Shown here piece by piece: positions 18,496 to 26,010 of a stretch of 32,000 nt of DNA. Both the position numbers and the translations under genes were made by a program. Where the stretch lies: positions 2,190,001 to 2,222,000 of the forward strand of contig OY969938.1 in assembly GCA_963704755.1 (NCBI GenBank). Reading direction: 5' to 3'. A model generated the notes under the pieces. It had not been told where the DNA came from, ran no database searches, and saw nothing but the letters and a program-made list of their open reading frames with translations. The stretch is from an uncultured Chloroflexia bacterium. GTDB lineage: Bacteria > Chloroflexota > Anaerolineae > Anaerolineales > Anaerolineaceae. Position 1 is the first letter of the stretch, and the number at the start of each line of letters is the position of its first letter.

Positions 18496-20082
18496 TCACC
18501 GTAAAACCATTGGCCTGACCTTACGCCAGGGGTCGTTTTCGGTGGCCTGTTCGTAGGCCCGGCCGATGCGCAGCAGCACATCCTCACGGAAGTCCGGCCC
18601 GAGCAACTGGATGCCGATCGGCAGCTTGTCCTTATCCAGGCCGCCCGGCAGCGAAAGCCCGGGGATGCCGGCGTGGTTGGCCGGCACGGTGAGCTGGTCG
18701 GCGTACTGCATCAGCACCGAATCGCCGTACACCGCGCCCATCTCGAAGGCTGTGGTCGGCGTGGTGGGGGTCAGCAGCGCGTCCAGGCGATACTCGCCCT
18801 GTTTATCGAAGGCCTGCTCGAAATCCCGGCGGATGAGCGTGCGCACGCGCAGCGCCCGGCGGTAATATTGAGCCGAGTATTGGGCTGCGCTGACGTACAT
18901 ACCCATCAGAATGCGCAGCTTGGGCTGGGGGCCAAAACCTTCGTTACGGGTCTTGCGGTACAGCTCGGTCAAGTCGTTGGTGCGGGTTGGCGTGCGATAC
19001 CCGTACTTGACCCCATCGTAGCGGTGCAGGTTGGAGGCGGCCTCAACCCGGCTGATCACAAAATAAGCCGGGACGCCGTACCGTGTATTCGGCATGGGCA
19101 CGTCCTCGACGATCTCGGCGCCCAGGTCGGCCAGCACACGCGCGGCGCGCTGCACGGCGGCCTCGATCTCGGCCGGCAGCGGCTGCTGGATGTACTCGCC
19201 CGTGTCCGGGTCGGGGATGGCAATGCGGAAGTAGTCCGGCGAAAGGCCGATACGCAGCCCTTTGACGCCCTGTTCCAGCGCGCTCAGATAATTGTGGACC
19301 GGCACGTTAGCGGTGGTGGCGTCGTGACGATCCGGGCCGGCCATGCCCCGCAGCATCAGGGCCGCATCGGTCACCGAGCGGGCCAGCGGGCCGGGGCAGT
19401 CCAACGAGGAGCCGAAGGCGATCAGCCCATAGCGCGAGACCCGCCCATAGGTGGGCTTGAGCCCCACCACACCGCAAAACGCGGCCGGCTGGCGGATCGA
19501 ACCGGCCGTATCGGTACCCAGCGAGAGCACCCCTTCTCCGGCGGCTACCGCCGCGGCGCTGCCGCCCGACGAACCGCCCGGAACGCGCCCGGGGTTCCAC
19601 GGGTTGCGCGGGCTGGGTTGAAATGCCGAGGACTCATTCGACGAGCCGTAGGTAAACTCGTCCAGGTTGGTCTTGCCCAGCACAATCGCCCCGGCCGACT
19701 CGAGCCGTTCGACCGGTGTGGCCGTGTAGGGAGCGGTGTAATTGGCCAGGATGCGCGAAGCAGCCGTCGAGGGCGTGCCGCGCACGCAGAAAATATCTTT
19801 TACCGTGAAGGGGATCCCAGCCAGCAGGCCGGGATCGTCCCCGTCGGCCAGCTTGTGATCCACCTCGCGGGCGCGGGCCAGGGCCCGTTCGGCCGTGAGC
19901 GTGATGAAGGCGTGAACTCGCTCGGGGTCCTCACCGCTACCATCTCCCGGCTCGAGCGAACCGGGGCGGCCATCTACCGCGGCGATGCGCTCCAGGCAGG
20001 ATTCGACGATTTCAACGGCCGAGACGCGCTTCTGGCGCAGCAACTGGCCAAGTTCGAATGCAGACAGGTCACAGAGTGTCAT
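18496..20082 (-). CDS. gatA: Glu-tRNA(Gln) amidotransferase subunit A
   Basis: 528 aa. Amidase signature GGSSGGSAAAVAAG, plus FTVKD and GTDTAGSIRQPAAFCGVVGLKPTYGRVSRYG. Confidence 0.95.
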   Translation of the reverse strand: MTLCDLSAFELGQLLRQKRVSAVEIVESCLERIAAVDGRPGSLEPGDGSGEDPERVHAFITLTAERALARAREVDHKLADGDDPGLLAGIPFTVKDIFCVRGTPSTAASRILANYTAPYTATPVERLESAGAIVLGKTNLDEFTYGSSNESSAFQPSPRNPWNPGRVPGGSSGGSAAAVAAGEGVLSLGTDTAGSIRQPAAFCGVVGLKPTYGRVSRYGLIAFGSSLDCPGPLARSVTDAALMLRGMAGPDRHDATTANVPVHNYLSALEQGVKGLRIGLSPDYFRIAIPDPDTGEYIQQPLPAEIEAAVQRAARVLADLGAEIVEDVPMPNTRYGVPAYFVISRVEAASNLHRYDGVKYGYRTPTRTNDLTELYRKTRNEGFGPQPKLRILMGMYVSAAQYSAQYYRRALRVRTLIRRDFEQAFDKQGEYRLDALLTPTTPTTAFEMGAVYGDSVLMQYADQLTVPANHAGIPGLSLPGGLDKDKLPIGIQLLGPDFREDVLLRIGRAYEQATENDPWRKVRPMVLR

Positions 20083-20088
20083 GGGCGC

Positions 20089-20409
20089 TTATTCCAGGGT
20101 GGTATGGGGAATATCCGGGACGACGATATAGCCATCCTGCGTGTCGGGCGCCTGGGCGAGGATCTCCTCCGGATTGGCGTTCGGCAGCCAGACGTCTTCG
20201 CGCAAACTGGGGCTGGTCTCCGCCGTGTAGGGCACCCCATGAGAGGTGGTCTGGACCGCATCGTCCAGGGGGATCGCTTCCAGTTCGTGAATCGACTTGA
20301 GCTGGTTGTTCAGCTCACGACGTAAATATTCGGCCTGCCCGGCGTCCAACTCCAGGGCGGCCAACCCGACCAGATGGTTGAAAGTTTCGACAGAAATTGG
20401 TTCGCTCAT
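20089..20409 (-). CDS. gatC: Glu-tRNA(Gln) amidotransferase subunit C
   Basis: Trimmed to the ATG at 20409 (MSEPISVETFNHLVGLAALELD...). At 106 aa it lies directly upstream of gatA with a 6-nt gap. The 185-aa ORF-track form is an upstream over-extension. Confidence 0.85.
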   Translation of the reverse strand: MSEPISVETFNHLVGLAALELDAGQAEYLRRELNNQLKSIHELEAIPLDDAVQTTSHGVPYTAETSPSLREDVWLPNANPEEILAQAPDTQDGYIVVPDIPHTTLE

Positions 20410-20577
20410 GAATATTCCAGGGAAAAGGATAGGTTTCCGGGTAACCGCGCCGCCGTGCTCGTCATTCAATCCTGGCTGTGCGGTTCCGTTTCCGCGATTA
20501 ATCGTACCATAAATCCCGTCCGCGGGATCGAAATATTGTTCGAGGCAGTCTCGGCGGGCCAAACCAGCATATTTAAA

Positions 20578-20630
20578 GGGTGTTATGGATGTTTTCGCGT
20601 GCTTCGCACGTGAAAACATCCATAACACCC
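20578..20630. repeat. Very stable roughly 25-bp hairpin
   Basis: gggtgttatggatgttttcgcgtgc-ttc-gcacgtgaaaacatccataacaccc, with a single G-T wobble. It lies between the DsbA-like gene terminator and gatC. Confidence 0.7.
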
Positions 20631-20639
20631 TAATTTGAA

Positions 20640-20674
20640 AAGGCACAAGAACGGCCTGAGCCTTCTTGTGCCTT
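20640..20674 (-). terminator. Intrinsic terminator of the DsbA-like gene
   Basis: 12-bp stem aaggcacaagaa/ttcttgtgcctt, followed on the minus strand by TTTCAAATT. Confidence 0.65.
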
Positions 20675-20705
20675 GATAACGCATGGGTAGGCTTAGTGGG
20701 CTAAC

Positions 20706-21443
20706 TCACCCGCCGTTCAAAGCCGCATTGATCGCCTTGGAAATGTCATCGAAGGAGGGGATGTAGTTGGGGCCGGCGCTGCTGACAACCATCTTGCCAT
20801 CCACAAAAATACCGGGAGTGGGCGGCACACCCAGGGCATCACCCGCCGTGACGTCTTTTTGAATCTCAGCGGCATAGGTGTCGGCCGCGAAGCACTTATT
20901 GAAATCGGTCATGTTCAGGCCAATATCCTGGGCAAAGGCGGTCAAACGGTCTTTGGTGTACGAACCGGCATTCTCGCCCAGCCAGTTGGCGAAAGCGATC
21001 GCGTGGAAGTCCCAGAACTTACCCTGCGCTGCCGCGCACATGGCCGCGTTGGCCGCATCGTGCGATTCGCCCTGGCCGCCATCGATGAAGGGATAGAAAT
21101 GGAAGGTGTAATAAACCTTACCGGTATCTACAAAGGTCTGGATGACCTGTGGCTCGAGGCTACGCGAATAGGATAAACAGCCTGAGCATTGAAAATCTTC
21201 CCAAACGTCCATTTTGACCGTCGCATTCGGATCCCCGACACTGGTCTGGTTGACCGGTACAGCGAAAGAAGGCGGTGTGATCTGGACGATCGAACTGGTA
21301 TCCGGACTGGCCGGCTTTTAACTCGTCACAATCAGCACCACTGCGAGCGCTATGGCGACGACCGCCACAGAAAAGATAACGATGAGCCGGTTGCGGCTCT
21401 TTTGTTTTTGAACACGTTTGCGATATTCCTGACGTTTGCTCAT
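20706..21443 (-). pseudogene. Membrane-anchored DsbA-family thiol:disulfide oxidoreductase interrupted by one in-frame TAA
   Basis: The ATG at 21443 encodes MSKRQEYRKRVQKQKSRNRLIVIFSVAVVAIALAVVLIVTS (TM anchor). A TAA follows at 21318-21320. The same frame then continues KPASPDTSSIVQITPPSFAVPVNQTSVGDPNATVKMDVWEDFQCSGC... through the thioredoxin-fold ORF 20706-21212 (CSGC active site). An extended -10 (TGTATAAT; the TATAAT hexamer is the complement of 21491-21496) lies upstream. Confidence 0.7.
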
Positions 21444-21655
21444 TTATTCCCTACCGTTGTAGATTTGACAAAACAGGTTGGCCGATCCATATTATACAAA
21501 TAATATTCCCGCTCAGCCACTAATTATGGCAAGGATATCCCCACCTGTGGTAAGCTGCAGCAGCGACCGAGAACTCAGCCTGTAAAATACGGAATGTCGT
21601 ATCATTGTAATCCAGATTTTATAGACCGAAATTAAAGGCTCTCTGAGAATCCAGG

Positions 21656-21718
21656 ACCTATCTTTTGAATAAAGAAACGGGTGGCGATGCCACCCGTTTC
21701 TTTTATTCAAAAGATAGG
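21656..21718. terminator. Bidirectional terminator: about 29-bp stem hairpin after cluster A
   Basis: cctatcttttgaataaagaaacgggtggc-gat-gccacccgtttcttttattcaaaagatagg with a 1-nt bulge. A/T-rich arm ends give U-runs on both strands. Confidence 0.75.
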
Positions 21719-21747
21719 ACCCGCCGAGCGGCCGTATCCGCGCCTTT

Positions 21748-23049
21748 CTATGATGAGGGGGTCTCCGACTGGGCCGGCTCGGGGGTGTTGCTGGCCAAAT
21801 CGGGGGAAGTGGGGGTCGGCTGCGGACTGGTCGGCGTGGGCGGCGGGCTGGTTGGGGCCACGGTCTCGGTTGGTGCCGCGGTCCAGGCCGGCGGCGTGGG
21901 AGTCGCTACGCTAAAGGTGGCCGTCGCTGCGCCTTCCTGGGTAGCGGTGGGCGTGCGCGTGCCGGTGGGAGGTGCTGTGGGCGTGGCGGGATGATCCCCC
22001 GGCAGAGTCAACATCACCCGGATATCCGGCCCGTACGGACAGGGGCTGCTGCCCGGGCAGGATGGGCTGCCGGGCTGCCAGCCGGTGTAGTTATCGATCC
22101 GCACCTGTACCTGCACCAGGTAGTGCTGGTCGCTTTGGGGAGTGAAAGTCAGGTCGAAGTAGTTGGTCATAACGTCTCCGGCCGGCATGGGCGAAGCGCT
22201 CGACCAATTCCAGGCGCTCGAGACGGCTTGCAGCGGCTGTCCGTTGCTGTCGGCGCTGAAGACCTGGCCTGTCAGGGTCAGTCCTTCGGCCGGCAGAACG
22301 CCGGAATTGAGCAGTTGCAAGTGGCTGGACACGTCCATATCCTGCCCGTTCGGGCCGACCGTGGCGTCTAGCAGTGCCTTGATTTCGGCCCCAGGGATGA
22401 GCGGCGCCGTTGGCGTGGCCAATGACAGGGTCGGCAGCAGGCTCGGGCTGTTGGCATCCAAAACGAATTCCGCTTGCGCGGCGGCGTCGGAATCGCAGGA
22501 GCCCTCGCTGCTGCAATCCGCCGACAAAACCCCAACGGCGGGTACCGCATTGCTGATGCTCACCTGGGCAATGTTGCGATAGCGGGTCACGCCGGCCCGC
22601 GGATTAAAGTCGAATTCGTAAGGGTAGCAGCGCATTCCGCCCGGATCGACCTGCTGATCGGGATTAATGATCTTGCTGGCCCCATCCAATGGTGTGTACA
22701 GGCCGCTCTCGTCCAGGTATTCCACCTGGTCGAGAATATTCAGGCTGCGGGTGCCAAATTCGCCGGTGTTGTGGACGCAAATTTCACCGCGGACCACGGC
22801 CGGCAAATTTTCCGACGCCATCCCGTTGCCTGTTTTCCAATAAGCCATGACCGATTTTTGGGCCTCGATGGTGGTATTGCCCCCGGCATTGGAGCTGTCA
22901 AGCTGGCCGGTGCTCACCTGGCCAGAAGTACCCAACATATGGGCCCACCAGGTATTCGCCACCGGGATCGAGATCAAAGCCACGCCAATCACCACAGCCG
23001 CCACGGCCACGTGCAGATAATGCGTTTGCAAGAAATTCTTCAGGTTCAC
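21748..23049 (-). CDS. Cluster A large secreted protein with SipW-type-like signal motif and Pro/Thr-rich tail (paralog of 26191-27546)
   Basis: The GTG at 23049 overlaps the peptidase stop (GTGA). N-terminal h-region then PVANTWWAHMLGTSGQVSTG. Blocks shared with the paralog: GEICV.NTG, LNILDQ.EYLD.SG.Y.PLDGASK, RYRNIAQVSI.N, VRIDNYTGW.PG.P.CPGS.PCP.GPD.R. The last roughly 85 aa are P/T/A-rich. Confidence 0.8.
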   Translation of the reverse strand: MNLKNFLQTHYLHVAVAAVVIGVALISIPVANTWWAHMLGTSGQVSTGQLDSSNAGGNTTIEAQKSVMAYWKTGNGMASENLPAVVRGEICVHNTGEFGTRSLNILDQVEYLDESGLYTPLDGASKIINPDQQVDPGGMRCYPYEFDFNPRAGVTRYRNIAQVSISNAVPAVGVLSADCSSEGSCDSDAAAQAEFVLDANSPSLLPTLSLATPTAPLIPGAEIKALLDATVGPNGQDMDVSSHLQLLNSGVLPAEGLTLTGQVFSADSNGQPLQAVSSAWNWSSASPMPAGDVMTNYFDLTFTPQSDQHYLVQVQVRIDNYTGWQPGSPSCPGSSPCPYGPDIRVMLTLPGDHPATPTAPPTGTRTPTATQEGAATATFSVATPTPPAWTAAPTETVAPTSPPPTPTSPQPTPTSPDLASNTPEPAQSETPSS

Positions 23050-24269
23050 CGCGCTCCTCGCAACCAATCCAGGAACCAGCGGAAGAGAATACTCACCCAG
23101 CCAATCTTGGGAATCTTCAGGATAACCTTGCCCTCGTATGCAGATGCCGGCACAGGCTCGTCTTCAACGTTGTTGTTATCACCACGGGTGATGAAAGTAA
23201 GCTGCCCGTTGTCATTATAGATCTGCTCGACCCGGTGGACGATTAAATCGCCATCCCGCTGGTAACGGATGATATCGCCGACCTTGACACTGGTCACCGC
23301 CACGTTGCTGGTGACCACCACATCGCCGGCATAGAGAGTTGGATTCATGCTGACCCCGCTCATCAAGAAGGGCCGCACACCGAACAGGCCGGTGTTGAAC
23401 CAGAGCAAAATAATCGCAAATACCGCGACGATGATCCAACCCAGCCAGCTCCCCTGACCGGCCGCCGGTTTTTGATTCGCTGCCGCTGGTTTCGTTTTCG
23501 GGTCGGCAGCCGGCGCGATCCAGATATTCAGGAGCGGGATGGCCAGGGCGGGGATAACCGTCTTGACGAATGCCGTCACCACCCAGGGCAGTTGCGGCAG
23601 GACGGGCGGCAGCCACTCACTTGCCGCCAGGGTAACCCGGTAAATAATAGCCGGCCAGGGCCCTACGGTAAGCACCATAAAAGTGGCCAGCATTTGTTCG
23701 GCCAGGGTGGGCAGGCCGTATTTTCCAACGAATTGGAAAAGACCTGCGACACTACTCACTGACCCAAATTGATTAGCCGGTAAAGCCAGTAAGGTAAAAG
23801 AGAATGAAAACAGGATGAGGGCTAAAAAAGCGTGGCCCTTCCCAAAACATTGTACCAGGAAGGCACGCGTGAATTCAAATGCCAGAATTGGGGTAACCGC
23901 ATAAATCAAATTGCCCAACAAGACCCAGCCGCTGTGGCTGTAGGGCGAGTGGCCGAAGCCATAGATGGCCCCGGCGCCCATCACCGCCAGGCTTTGGACC
24001 AACCCGATCAAAAAGGCGATCAGCAAAAAGCCGGCCTGGACGGTCTGCTTTCCGGCCAGGTAGGTCCAGATGAAGTAAGAAAGCCCGGCCAGCAGCAGCC
24101 ATAAGGCCGGCTGAATGAGATACAGGTCCCAATCAGATGGAAAAACGCCGGGCAGGGCGAAATTAACCAGCACATACACCACCACCAGCTCTAAAACGGC
24201 CAGGATCCACAGCCAGTTGAGCTTCTGGGATCCTGGATGAGGCACAACTCGATTCTCATTCCCAAGCAT
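23046..24269 (-). CDS. Cluster A ER/archaeal-type (SipW-like) signal peptidase I fused to an N-terminal polytopic membrane domain
   Basis: ATG at 24269 with GGAGGA 6 nt upstream. The C-terminal roughly 150 aa carry SGVSMNPTLYAGDVV, IVHRV and TRGDNNNVEDEP (Ser/His S26B-type motifs). The N-terminal roughly 250 aa have about 7 TM helices with a conserved GFGHSPY motif. Confidence 0.85.
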   Translation of the reverse strand: MLGNENRVVPHPGSQKLNWLWILAVLELVVVYVLVNFALPGVFPSDWDLYLIQPALWLLLAGLSYFIWTYLAGKQTVQAGFLLIAFLIGLVQSLAVMGAGAIYGFGHSPYSHSGWVLLGNLIYAVTPILAFEFTRAFLVQCFGKGHAFLALILFSFSFTLLALPANQFGSVSSVAGLFQFVGKYGLPTLAEQMLATFMVLTVGPWPAIIYRVTLAASEWLPPVLPQLPWVVTAFVKTVIPALAIPLLNIWIAPAADPKTKPAAANQKPAAGQGSWLGWIIVAVFAIILLWFNTGLFGVRPFLMSGVSMNPTLYAGDVVVTSNVAVTSVKVGDIIRYQRDGDLIVHRVEQIYNDNGQLTFITRGDNNNVEDEPVPASAYEGKVILKIPKIGWVSILFRWFLDWLRGAR

Positions 24270-24284
24270 TAATATCCTCCCGTT

Positions 24285-24311
24285 GTGGAGGGGGGCCGGG
24301 CTCCCCTCCAC
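24285..24311 (-). promoter_or_regulatory. 9-bp GC hairpin in the gap between the small-protein genes and the peptidase gene (cluster A)
   Basis: gtggagggg-(9 nt)-cccctccac lies directly upstream of the peptidase RBS. There is no U-run. Confidence 0.4.
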
Positions 24312-24325
24312 AGGCTGTTACAGGA

Positions 24326-24937
24326 TCAAGGTGAGGTCAGGGTAGTCAGACAACTTGCATAGTCCATCGGATGGTTCCATTGACTCAGGCAGGAATGCAC
24401 CGAAAACTGGTAATCCGTCAATTCTAGCGCGCCATCGTTGACCTGGACAACCATCTGGCTGCTGGATCCGTCTTGGGGGACGAATTCGCCATGGACGTTG
24501 TCCTTGAAGGTGACGGTGAGCTCGTTGCAGGCAATCGATTTGGTCCCAGTTGTGGGTGAACCTGTTACGGTGCAGCCGGTCAGGTTCCCGGCCGAAATCC
24601 CGTTTCCATTGACGACCCAGGGCAGCGTCCCGGTATTCAGGAAGTCAAAAGTACACTTCACCGAATAGCCGGGGTAGCCGTTGACGATGTTGAAGTGGAT
24701 GGTCGAATGATCCGCCGAGTCAATCGTTACAACCGTTGAACCGATGTCTTGCCCTTCCGGCTCCGTTTCGGTACAGGAATAGCCCGTCCAACTGGCGTCG
24801 AGATTGCCGGTCTGGACGACGCCGCTGACCTGCAACTGGTCGGTCCAGAAGCCATAGGCCAGGCCCATGCCGCCCAGGGTGGCCAGGAGGATCAGCGCTG
24901 CGGTGCCCATTAACCAGTGTGTGGATCGGTTCAACAT
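24326..24937 (-). CDS. Cluster A TasA/camelysin-like small secreted protein 2 (Cys-rich)
   Basis: ATG at 24937 with GAGGAA RBS. Signal region ...LATLGGMGLAYGFWTDQLQVSGVVQTGNLDASW. Core VNGYPGYSVKCTFDFLNTGTLP. Six Cys. Orthologous-looking to the frameshifted 29504-30065. Confidence 0.8.
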   Translation of the reverse strand: MLNRSTHWLMGTAALILLATLGGMGLAYGFWTDQLQVSGVVQTGNLDASWTGYSCTETEPEGQDIGSTVVTIDSADHSTIHFNIVNGYPGYSVKCTFDFLNTGTLPWVVNGNGISAGNLTGCTVTGSPTTGTKSIACNELTVTFKDNVHGEFVPQDGSSSQMVVQVNDGALELTDYQFSVHSCLSQWNHPMDYASCLTTLTSP

Positions 24938-25001
24938 GATGTTCCTCAATTCTTCTTCAAGGTTTTTATGATTCCCTGAAACAAGATCGAATCTGAAGGA
25001 A

Positions 25002-25550
25002 TTACGGGTTAACCTGTACGAAGGTCAGGGTGATGGTTCCAGAATACGATGCCCCTTCGGCTGCAGTGGCCGTTGGAGTAAGGGTGATCTCGCCGGTGAC
25101 CGATGCACCATCTTCAATGACGTCCACATTAGGAGCAGTGAAACCGGGCGCTTCAAAATCAAGGGCGGCCTTGCTTGCCAGGTCCGTCGGGTCAAATACA
25201 ACACTTGACAATTTAACAGGGATGGTGCCATTATTTGCGATGGTGCCGGTCAAGGTGCACGTGTAGCCGGGATAGGCATTCTCGATCAAAACCTCGACGC
25301 GGTCGGAATCATTCGCCTCCGGATCACTGGACTGATCTACAATATTTGCCGAGCAAGTACCGACCTCCTCCATGCCGGCAGTCTCGTTGTCAGTAGCTGT
25401 GACCTCGGTGAAATGGACATTCAACGTCCCGGTTGATGCAGTTCCATGGATCTCAAGGGAATCCGTCCAGGCCCCGTAGGCGATGGCCATGGTGGCCAGC
25501 ACAAACAGCGCCAGCACCGTGATCAACAGAGTTTGCTTTTTTGAAAACAT
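25002..25550 (-). CDS. Cluster A TasA/camelysin-like small secreted protein 1
   Basis: ATG at 25550 with GGAGGA RBS. MFSKKQTLLITVLALFVLATMAIAYGAWTDSLEIHGTASTGTLNVHF. Core ENAYPGYTCTLTGTIANNGTIPVK. Motif spacing matches B. subtilis TasA as I recall it (AAFND..ASGTLDL; LKPGD....FENNGSL). Confidence 0.8.
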   Translation of the reverse strand: MFSKKQTLLITVLALFVLATMAIAYGAWTDSLEIHGTASTGTLNVHFTEVTATDNETAGMEEVGTCSANIVDQSSDPEANDSDRVEVLIENAYPGYTCTLTGTIANNGTIPVKLSSVVFDPTDLASKAALDFEAPGFTAPNVDVIEDGASVTGEITLTPTATAAEGASYSGTITLTFVQVNP

Positions 25551-26003
25551 GATTTAATCCTCCAAAAAAATCTTGTAAAACAGATTGGAGGGTGGCATAA
25601 TCACAGTAGTGTAGGGTGAGTGATTACGCCACCCATGCTAGGGGCCCTGGCAACCTCAATTTGCCGGGGCCTGTTTTTTAATGGTCGGCCCTATCGAAAC
25701 GGATGGATCCCTCCTTTCACCCGCTGCTCTTCCAACTCAGATCCCTCCGAGGAAGAAACACGGATCGAAAACCTCCACTCCCCGGCGGGCCTGATCTGTT
25801 GTGCGCCGTTATGTTGGCCACGCGTTGTATTTTTCTGTGTTATCAGCCGGGATTTCGATTCTGGCCGGTTCTGTTTTTTCGCAAGGCGTTAAAACAAAAA
25901 ACCAGCCACTTTCGTGGCCGGTTTCGCCATTTGCTCTGCGCGAGGTAATTCCCTTATGGAAAGGCGATCCCCCGTTTCCCCCGCGCTTCATCGCATCCAC
26001 GTA
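25551..26003 (-). promoter_or_regulatory. Long (about 453-nt) 5-prime leader of cluster A with conserved structured ends
   Basis: The 5-prime roughly 110 nt (25891-26003) and the 3-prime roughly 120 nt (25551-25675) are near-identical to the cluster B leader, while the middle is diverged. The 3-prime end holds a 15-bp hairpin (25590-25604 / 25620-25634) and an anti-SD CCCTCCAA (complement of 25585-25592) able to pair with the SD (complement of 25558-25565). Confidence 0.6.
25891..26003 (-). ncRNA. Candidate structured RNA element (riboswitch-like leader or small RNA) ending in an intrinsic terminator
   Basis: It starts just downstream of the promoter. Helix GCGCGGGG (complement of 25979-25986) pairs with CCUCGCGC (complement of 25938-25945), and one base pair covaries in the cluster B copy. 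An internal UUCC-loop-GGAA hairpin is present. It ends in CCGGCCAC-GAAA-GUGGCUGG plus U6 (25891-25921). Confidence 0.5.
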
Positions 26004-26010
26004 TAAATTT

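Noticed and set aside
18673-20325. 550-aa plus-strand ORF
   Set aside because: It is entirely antisense to gatA/gatC, which have unmistakable family motifs. Its composition is Arg/Gly/Ala/Pro-rich, typical of antisense frames in GC-rich DNA. The same reasoning rejects 563-1114, 1396-2331, 1751-2656, 8579-9238, 9248-10228, 10403-11413, 14450-15010, 22474-23220, 26419-27255 and 28884-29456.
20410-20646. Upstream 79-aa extension of gatC (ORF 20089-20646)
   Set aside because: GatC is about 95-105 aa. The extension has no family resemblance and includes a long palindromic hairpin. The ATG at 20409 gives the canonical N-terminus.
25891-26003. Assigning the leader element to the c-di-GMP-I (GEMM-I) riboswitch class
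   Set aside because: Only a short resemblance is present (GCRCAGAGCAAA followed by a GAAA-capped hairpin). I could not find the second half of the GEMM-I consensus (ACGCAAAGCC and the receptor helix). It is kept only as a hypothesis to test with a covariance-model search.
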